Under the pieces are notes generated by a model, which saw only the letters and a list, made by a program, of their open reading frames with translations, searched no databases and was not told the origin of the DNA. Of a stretch of 64,000 bases of DNA, positions 55,601-64,000 are shown piece after piece (position 1 is the stretch's first letter; every line of letters begins with the position of its first letter). The position numbers and the translations under genes are program-made. Location: assembly GCA_964016885.1 (NCBI GenBank), contig OZ024742.1:337280001-337344000 (forward strand). The letters run 5' to 3'. The stretch comes from Eledone cirrhosa. Lineage: Eukaryota.

Positions 55601-58399
55601 GAATCATCAGACTGGAGTAATGATAATAACTGTTGGTCATAACTGATGGCAGAAGAAAGGAGTGAATCCTCAGACTGGCGTAATGATACTAACTGTTGGT
55701 CATAACTGATGGCAGAAGAAAGGAGTGAATCATCAGACTGGCGTAATGATACTAACTGTTGGTCATAACTGATGGCAGAAGAAAGGAGTGAATCATCAGA
55801 CTGGCGTAATGATACTAACTGTTGGTCATCACTGATTGCAGAAGAAAGGAGTGAATCATCAGACTGGAGTAATGATAATAACTGTTGGTCACAACTCCTG
55901 GCAGAAGAAAGGAGTGAATCATCAGACTGGAGTAATGATAATAACTGTTGTTAATAACTGATGGCAGAAGAAAGGAGTGAATCATCAGACTGGAGTAATG
56001 ATACTAACTGTTGGTCACAACTGATGGCAGAAGAAAGAGTGAATCATTAGACTGGAGTAATGATACTAACTGTTGGTCACAACTGATGGCAGAAGAAAGG
56101 AGTGAATCATTAGACTGGAGTAATGATAATAACTGTTGTTCATAACTGATGGCAGAAGAAAGGAGTGAATCATCAGACTGGAGTAATGATACTAACTGTT
56201 GGTCACAACTGATGGCAGAAGAAAGGAGTGAATCATCAGAATGGAGTAATGATACTAACTGTTGGTCATAACTGATGGCAGAAGAAAGGAGTGAATCATC
56301 AGACTGGAGTAATGATACTAACTGTTGGTCACAACTGATGGCAGAAGAAAGGAGTGAATCATCAGACTGGAGTAATGATACTAACTGTTGGTCATAACTG
56401 ATGGCAGAAGAAAGGAGTGTTCATCAGACTGGAGTAATGATAATAACTGTTGTTCACAACTCCTGGCAGAAGAAACGAGTGAATCATCAGACTGGAGTAA
56501 TGATACTAACTGTTGGTCATAACTGATGGCAGAAGAAAGGAGTGAATCATCAGACTGGAGTAATGATACTAACTGTTGGTCATAACTCCTGGCAGAAGAA
56601 AGGAGTGAATCATCAGACTGGAGTAATGATACTAACTGTTGGTCACAACTGATGGCAGAAGAAAGGAGTGAATCATCAGACTGGAGTAATGATAATAACT
56701 GTTGGTCATAACTGATGGCAGAAGAAAGGAGTGAATCATCAGACTGGAGTAATGATACTAACTGTTGGTCACAACTCCTGGCAGAAGAAAGGAGTGAATC
56801 ATCAGACTGGAGTAATGATACTAACTGTTGGTCATAACTGATGGCAGAAGAAAGGGGTGAATCATCAGACTGGTGTAATGATACTAACTGTTGGTCATAA
56901 CTCCTGGCAGAAGAAAGGAGTGAATCATCAGACTGGAGTAATGATACTAACTGTTGGTCACAACTGATGGCAGAAGAAAGGAGGGAATAATCAGACTGGA
57001 GTAATGATACTAACTGTTGGTCATAACAGATGGTAGAAGAAAGGAGTGAATCATCAGACTGGAGTAATGATACTAACTGTTGGTCACAACTCCTGGTAGA
57101 AGAAAGGAGTGAAGCATCAGACTGGAGTAATGATACTAACTGTTGGTCACAACTCCTGGTAGAAGAAAGGAGTGAATCATCAGACTGGAGTAATGATACT
57201 AACTGTTGGTCACAACTGATGGCAGAAGAAAGGAGTGAATCATCAGACTGGAGTAATGATACTAACTGTTGGTCTCAACTGATGGCAGAAGAAAGGAGGG
57301 AATAATCAGACTGGAGTAATGATACTAACTGTTGGTCACAACTGATGGCAGAAGAAAGGAGTGAATCATCAGACTGGAGTAATGATACTAACTGTTGGTC
57401 ACAACTGATGGCAGAAGAAAGTAATGAATCATAAGACTGGAGTAATGATACTATCTGTTGGTCATAACTGATGGCAGAAAAAAGGAGTGAATCATCAGAC
57501 TGGAGTAATGATACTAACTGTTGGTCATAACTGATGGCAGAAGAAAGGAATGAATCATCAGACTGGAGTAATGATACTAACTGTTGGTCACAACTGATGG
57601 CAGAAGAAAGGAGTGAATCATCAGACTGGAGTAATAATACTAAATGTTGATCATAACTGATGGCAGAAGAAAGGAGTGAATCATCAGACTGGAGTAATGA
57701 TACTAACTGTTGGTCATAACTGATGGCAGAAGAAAGGAGTGAATCATCAGACTGGAGTAATGATACTAACTGTTGGTCATAACTGATGGCAGAAGAAAGG
57801 AGTGAATCATCAGACTGGAGTAATGATACTAACTGTTGGTCATAACTGATGGCAGAAGAAAGGAGTGAATCATCTGACTGGAGTAATGATAATAACTGTT
57901 GGTCATAACTGATGGCAGAAGAAAGGAGTGAATCATCAGACTGGAGTAATGATAATAACTGTTGGTCATAACTGATGGCAGAAGAAAGGAGTGAATCATC
58001 AGACTGGAGTAATGATACTAACTGTTGGTCATAACTGATGGCAGAAGAAAGGGGTGAATCATCAGACTGGAGTAATGATACTAATTGTTGGTCATAACTC
58101 CTGGCAGAAGAAAGGAGTGAATCATCAGACTGGAGTAATGATACTAACTGTTGGTCACAACTGATGGCAGAAGAAAGGAGGGAATAATCAGACTGGAGTA
58201 ATGATACTAACTGTTGGTCATAACAGATGGTAGAAGAAAGGAGTGAATCATCAGACTGGAGTAATGATACTAACTGTTGGTCACAACTCCTGGTAGAAGA
58301 AAGGAGTGAAGCATCAGACTGGAGTAATGATACTAACTGTTGGTCACAACTCCTGGCAGAAGAAAGGAGTGAATAATCAGACTGGAGTAATGATACTAA

Positions 58400-61130
58400 C
58401 TGTTGGTCATAACTGATGGCAGAAGAAAGGAGTGAATCATCAGACTGGAGTAATGATACTAACTGTTGGTCATAACAGATGGTAGAAGAAAGGAGTGAAT
58501 CATCAGACTGGAGTAATGATACTAACTGTTGGTCACAACTCCTGGTAGAAGAAAGGAGTGAATCATCAGACTGGAGTAATGATACTAACTGTTGGTCACA
58601 TTTCCTGGCAGAAGAAAGGAGTGAATCATCAGACTGGAGCAATGATACTAACTGTTGGTCATAACTGATGGCAGAAGAAAGGAGTGAATCATCAGACTGG
58701 AGTAATGATACTAACTGTTGGTCTCAACTGATGGCAGAAGAAAGGAGGGAATAATCAGACTGGAGTAATGATACTAACTGTTGGTCATAACTGATGGCAG
58801 AAGAAAGTAGTGAATCATAAGACTGGAGTAATGATACTATCTGTTGGTCATAACTGATGGCAGAAAAAAGGAGTGAATCATCAGACTGGAGTAATGATAC
58901 TAACTGTTGGTCACAACTGATGGCAGAAGAAAGGAGTGAATCATCAGACTGGAGTAATGATACTAACTGTTGGTCACAACTGATGGCAGAAGAAAGGAAT
59001 GAATCATCAGACTGGAGTAATGATACTAACTGTTGGTCACAACTGATGGCAGAAGAAAGGAGTGAATCATCAGACTGGAGTAATAATACTAACTGTTGGT
59101 CATAACTGATGGCAGAAGAAAGGAGTGAATCATCAGACTGGAGTAATGATACTAACTGTTGGTCATAACTGATGGCAGAAGAAAGGAGTGAATTATCAGA
59201 CTGGAGTAATGATACTAACTGTTGATCATAACTGATGGCAGAAGAAAGGAGTGAATTATCAGACTGGAGTAATGATACTAACTGTTGATCATAACTGATG
59301 GCAGAAGAAAGGAGTGAATTATCAGACTGGAGAAATGATACTAACTGTTGGTCATAACTCCTGGCAGAAGAAAGGAGTGAATCATCAGACTGGAGTAATG
59401 ATACTAACTGTTGGTCACAACTGATGGCAGAAGAAAGGAGTGAATCATCAGACTGGAGTAATGATACTAACTGTTGGTCATAACTCCTGGCAGAAGAAAG
59501 GAGTGAATCATCAGACTGGAGTAATGATACTAACTGTTGGTCACAACTGATGGCAGAAGAAAGGAGTGAATCATCAGACTGGAGTAATGATAATAACTGT
59601 TGGTCATAACTGATGGCAGAAGAAAGGAGTGAATCATCAGACTGGAGTAATGATACTAACTGTTGGTCACAACTCCTGGCAGAAGAAAGGAGTGAATCAT
59701 CAGACTGGAGTAATGATACTAAGTGTTGGTCATAACTGATGGCAGAAGAAAGGAGTGAATCATCAGACTGGCGTAAGGATACTATCTGTTGGTCACAACT
59801 CCTGGCAGAGGAAAGGAGTGAATCATCAGACTGGAGTAATGATAATAACTGTTGTTAATAACTGATGGCAGAAGAAAGGAGTGAATCATCAGACTGGTGT
59901 AATGATACTAACTGTTGGTCATAACTGATGGCAGAAGAAAGGAGTGAATCATCAGACTGGAGTAATGATACTAACTGTTGGTCACAACTCCTGGTAGAAG
60001 AAAGGAGTGAAGCATCAGACTGGAGTAATGATACTAACTGTTGGTCACAACTCCTGGCAGAAGAAAGGAGTGAATCATCAGACTGGAGTAATGATACTAA
60101 CTGTTGGTCATAACTGATGGCAGAAGAAAGGAGTGAATCATCAGACTGGAGTAATGATACTAACTGTTGGTCATAACAGATGGTAGAAGAAAGGAGTGAA
60201 TCATCAGACTGGAGTAATGATACTAACTGTTGGTCACAACTCCTGGTAGAAGAAAGGAGTGAATCATCAGACTGGAGTAATGATACTAACTGTTGGTCAC
60301 ATTTCCTGGCAGAAGAAAGGAGTGAATCATCAGACTGGAGCAATGATACTAACTGTTGGTCATAACTGATGGCAGAAGAAAGGAGTGAATCATCAGACTG
60401 GAGTAATGATACTAACTGTTGGTCTCAACTGATGGCAGAAGAAAGGAGGGAATAATCAGACTGGAGTAATGATACTAACTGTTGGTCATAACTGATGGCA
60501 GAAGAAAGTAGTGAATCATAAGACTGGAGTAATGATACTATCTGTTGGTCATAACTGATGGCAGAAAAAAGGAGTGAATCATCAGACTGGAGTAATGATA
60601 CTAACTGTTGGTCACAACTGATGGCAGAAGAAAGGAGTGAATCATCAGACTGGAGTAATGATACTAACTGTTGGTCACAACTGATGGCAGAAGAAAGGAA
60701 TGAATCATCAGACTGGAGTAATGATACTAACTGTTGGTCACAACTGATGGCAGAAGAAAGGAGTGAATCATCAGACTGGAGTAATAATACTAACTGTTGG
60801 TCATAACTGATGGCAGAAGAAAGGAGTGAATCATCAGACTGGAGTAATGATACTAACTGTTGGTCATAACTGATGGCAGAAGAAAGGAGTGAATTATCAG
60901 ACTGGAGTAATGATACTAACTGTTGATCATAACTGATGGCAGAAGAAAGGAGTGAATTATCAGACTGGAGTAATGATACTAACTGTTGATCATAACTGAT
61001 GGCAGAAGAAAGGAGTGAATTATCAGACTGGAGAAATGATACTAACTGTTGGTCATAACTCCTGGCAGAAGAAAGGAGTGAATCATCAGACTGGAGTAAT
61101 GATACTAACTGTTGGTCACAACTGATGGCA
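58400..61130. repeat. 27-monomer (1,701-bp) period duplication
   Basis: Pairs are 58479/60180 and 58857/60558. Both copies share CACATTTCC, three GAATTATCAG monomers and GGAGAAATG. Confidence 0.88.
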
Positions 61131-64000
61131 GAAGAAAGGAGTGAATCATCAGACTGGAGTAATGATAATAACTGTTGGTCATAACTGATGGCAGAAGAAA
61201 GGACTGAATCATCAGACTGGAGTAATGATACTAACTGTTGGTCACAACTCCTGGCAGAAGAAAGGAGTGAATCATCAGACTGGAGTAATGATACTAACTG
61301 TTGGTCATAACTGATGGCAGAAGAAAGGAGTGAATCATCAGACTGGCGTAAGGATACTATCTGTTGGTCACAACTCCTGGCAGAAGAAAGGAGTGAATCA
61401 TCAGACTGGAGTAATGATAATAACTGTTGTTAATAACTGATGGCAGAAGAAAGGAGTGAATCATCAGACTGGAGTAATGATACTAACTGTTGGTCATAAC
61501 TGATGGCAGAAGAAAGGAGTGAATCATTAGACTGGAGTAATGATACTAACTGTTGTTCATAACTGATGGCAGAAGAAAGGAGTGAATCATCAGACTGGAG
61601 TAATGATACTAATTGTTGGTCACAACTGATGGCAGAAGAAAGGAGTGAATCATCAGACTGGAGTAATGATACTAACTGTTGGTCACAACTGATGGCAGAA
61701 GAAAGGAGTGAATCATCAGACTGGAGTAATGATACTAACTGTTGGTCATAACTGATGGCAGAAGAAAGGAGTGTTCATCAGACTGGAGTAATGATAATAA
61801 CTGTTGTTCACAACTCCTGGCAGAAGAAACGAGTGAATCATCAGACTGGAGTAATGATACTAACTGTTGGTCACAACTCCTGGCAGAAGAAAGGAGTGAA
61901 TCATCAGACTGGAGTAATGATACTAACTGTTGGTCACAACTGATGGCAGAAGAAAGGAGGGAATCATCAGACTGGAGTAATGATACTAACTGTTGGTCAT
62001 AACTCCTGGCAGAAGAAAGGAGTGAATCATCAGACTGGAGTAATGATACTAACTGTTGGTCACAACTGATGGCAGAAGAAAGGAGTGAATCATCAGACTG
62101 GAGTAATGATACTAACTGTTGGTCATAACTGATGGCAGAAGAAAGGAGTGAATCATCAGACTGGAGTAATGATACTAACTGTTGGTCATAACTGATGGCA
62201 GAAGGAAGGGGTGAATCATCAGACTGGTGTAATGATACTAACTGTTGGTCATAACTCCTGGCAGAAGAAAGGAGTGAATCATCAGACTGGAGTAATGATA
62301 CTAACTGTTGGTCACAACTGATGGCAGAAGAAAGGAGGGAATAATCAGACTGGAGTAATGATACTAACTGTTGGTCATAACAGATGGTAGAAGAAAGGAG
62401 TGAATCATCAGACTGGAGTAATGATACTAACTGTTGGTCACAACTCCTGGTAGAAGAAAGGAGTGAAGCATCAGACTGGAGTAATGATACTAACTGTTGG
62501 TCACAACTCCTGGCAGAAGAAAGGAGTGAATCATTAGACTGGAGTAATGATACTAACTGTTGGTCTCAACTGATGGCAGAAGAAAGGAGGGAATAATCAG
62601 ACTGGAGTAATGATACTAACTGTTGGTCATAACTGATGGCAGAAGAAAGTAGTGAATCATAAGACTGGAGTAATGATACTATCTGTTGGTCATAACTGAT
62701 GGCAGAAAAAAGGAGTGAATCATCAGACTGGAGTAATGATACTAACTGTTGGTCATAACTGATGGCAGAAGAAAGGAATGAATCATCAGACTGGAGTAAT
62801 GATACTAACTGTTGGTCACAACTGATGGCAGAAGAAAGGAGTGAATCATCAGACTGGAGTAATAATACTAACTGTTGGTCATAACTGATGGCAGAAGAAA
62901 GGAGTGAATCATCAGACTGGAGTAATGATACTAACTGTTGGTCATAACTGATGGCAGAAGAAAGGAGTGAATCATCAGACTGGAGTAATGATACTAACTG
63001 TTGGTCATAACTGATGGCAGAAGAAAGGAGTGAATCATCAGACTGGAGTAATGATAATAACTGTTGGTCATAACTGATGGCAGAAGAAAGGAGTGAATCA
63101 TCAGACTGGAGTAATGATACTAACTGTTATTCATAACTGATGGCAGAAGAAAGGAGTGAATCATCATACTGGAGTAATGATAATAACTGTTGGTCATAAC
63201 TGATGGCAGAAGAAAGGAGTGAATCATCAGACTGGAGTAATGATACTAACTGTTGGTCATAACTGATGGCAGAAGAAAGGAGTGAATCATCAGACTGGAG
63301 TAATGATAATAACTGTTGGTCATAACTGATGGCAGAAGAAAGGAGTGAATCATCAGACTGGAGTAATGATACTAACTGTTGGTCATAACTGATGGCAGAA
63401 GAAAGGGGTGAATCATCAGACTGGAGTAATGATACTAATTGTTGGTCATAACTCCTGGTAGAAGAAAGGAGTGAAGCATCAGACTGGAGTAATGATACTA
63501 ACTGTTGGTCACAACTCCTGGCAGAAGAAAGGAGTGAATCATCAGACTGGAGTAATGATACTAACTGTTGGTCATAACTGATGGCAGAAGAAAGGAGTGA
63601 ATCATCAGACTGGAGTAATGATACTAACTGTTGGTCTCAACTGATGGCAGAAGAAAGGAGGGAATAATCAGACTGGAGTAATGATGCTAACTGTTGGTCA
63701 TAACTGATGGCAGAAGAAAGTAGTGAATCATCTGACTGGAGTAATGATAATAACTGTTGGTCATAACTGATGGCAGAAGAAAGGAGTGAATCATCAGACT
63801 GGAGTAATGATAATAACTGTTGGTCATAACTGATGGCAGAAGAAAGGAGTGAATCATCAGACTGGAGTAATGATACTAACTGTTGGTCATAACTGATGGC
63901 AGAAGAAAGGGGTGAATCATCAGACTGGAGTAATGATACTAATTGTTGGTCATAACTCCTGGCAGAAGAAAGGAGTGAATCATCAGACTGGAGTAATGAT

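Larger units (their letters stand above)
41500..56650. repeat. Long-range duplication (about 41.5-45.2 kb vs about 53.0-56.65 kb), period about 11.5-11.7 kb
   Basis: Offsets are 11525, then 11714 (42480/54194, 42735/54449, 43176/54890), then 11462 (44310/55772). The -1 monomer GAAAGAGTGA is shared at 44571/56033. Confidence 0.9.
1..64000. repeat. Tandem satellite/minisatellite array, 63-bp monomer, about 1,016 copies, single orientation, extends beyond both window edges
   Basis: The same 63-mer recurs continuously. The ATGGCAGAAG anchor lies at 17, 1781 (+28x63), 4678, 28366 (+376x63) and onward to 63959, with a net indel of -3 bp across the window. Consensus composition is A23 G17 T15 C8. 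Confidence 0.99.

Noticed and set aside
550-62596. All ORFs in the supplied track as protein-coding genes (including the 693-, 602-, 575- and 545-aa minus-strand ORFs)
   Set aside because: They are pure translations of the 63-bp unit. Their starts and stops come from sporadic variants, they contain no unique domain, they overlap in several frames, and stop alleles are freely duplicated.
1-64000. CRISPR array (a period of 63 bp resembles repeat plus spacer)
   Set aside because: There are no unique spacers: the whole 63 bp is conserved. No leader or cas gene is present.
1-64000. Fungal RIP or CpG-decay explanation for the CAA/TAA polymorphism
   Set aside because: The other CpA/TpG sites in the monomer are mostly intact and many variants are transversions. 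Absence of CpG (about 2 expected per monomer) is too weak to infer methylation.
1-64000. Assignment to a named satellite (e.g. 64-bp WaluSat, 68-bp beta satellite, alpha satellite, CENP-B box-bearing repeats) or a telomeric repeat
   Set aside because: The monomer length differs, and I recognise no diagnostic motif. An assignment cannot be supported without a database search.
1-64000. Embedded mobile element, RNA gene or strand inversion
   Set aside because: The 63-bp register arithmetic accounts for the window to within the listed 1-2-bp indels, and I saw no foreign sequence or reverse-oriented monomer.

Overview
The whole 64-kb window is one uninterrupted head-to-tail tandem array of a 63-bp monomer (consensus CTGTTGGTCA[T/C]AACTGATGGCAGAAGAAAGGAGTGAATCATCAGACTGGAGTAATGATACTAA). 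It holds about 1,016 copies, is about 40% GC, has no CpG in the consensus, and every copy is in the same orientation. The array runs off both ends of the window. It looks like eukaryotic satellite or large minisatellite DNA, but I cannot assign it to a named family or an organism. I found no unique sequence, transposon, RNA gene, CRISPR spacer or credible gene. All listed ORFs are translations of the repeat, which keeps frame because 63 = 21 codons. The informative signal lies in the variants. (1) Nested higher-order duplications of 4, 17, 27, 30, 32-33, 41, 53, 95 and about 182-186 monomers can be read from diagnostic variants. (2) Only about 11 length-variant monomers occur, from about 5 independent indel events, and a 25-kb stretch keeps perfect 63-bp register. 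(3) Several recurrent multi-base variants perfect local inverted repeats, which suggests template-switch mutagenesis. (4) The commonest polymorphism is CAA/TAA in the plus-strand MAEERSESSDWSNDTNCWSQL frame; this would be silent under a TAA/TAG=Gln genetic code, a speculative but testable coding hypothesis. Block boundaries were read by eye and are approximate to about one monomer.
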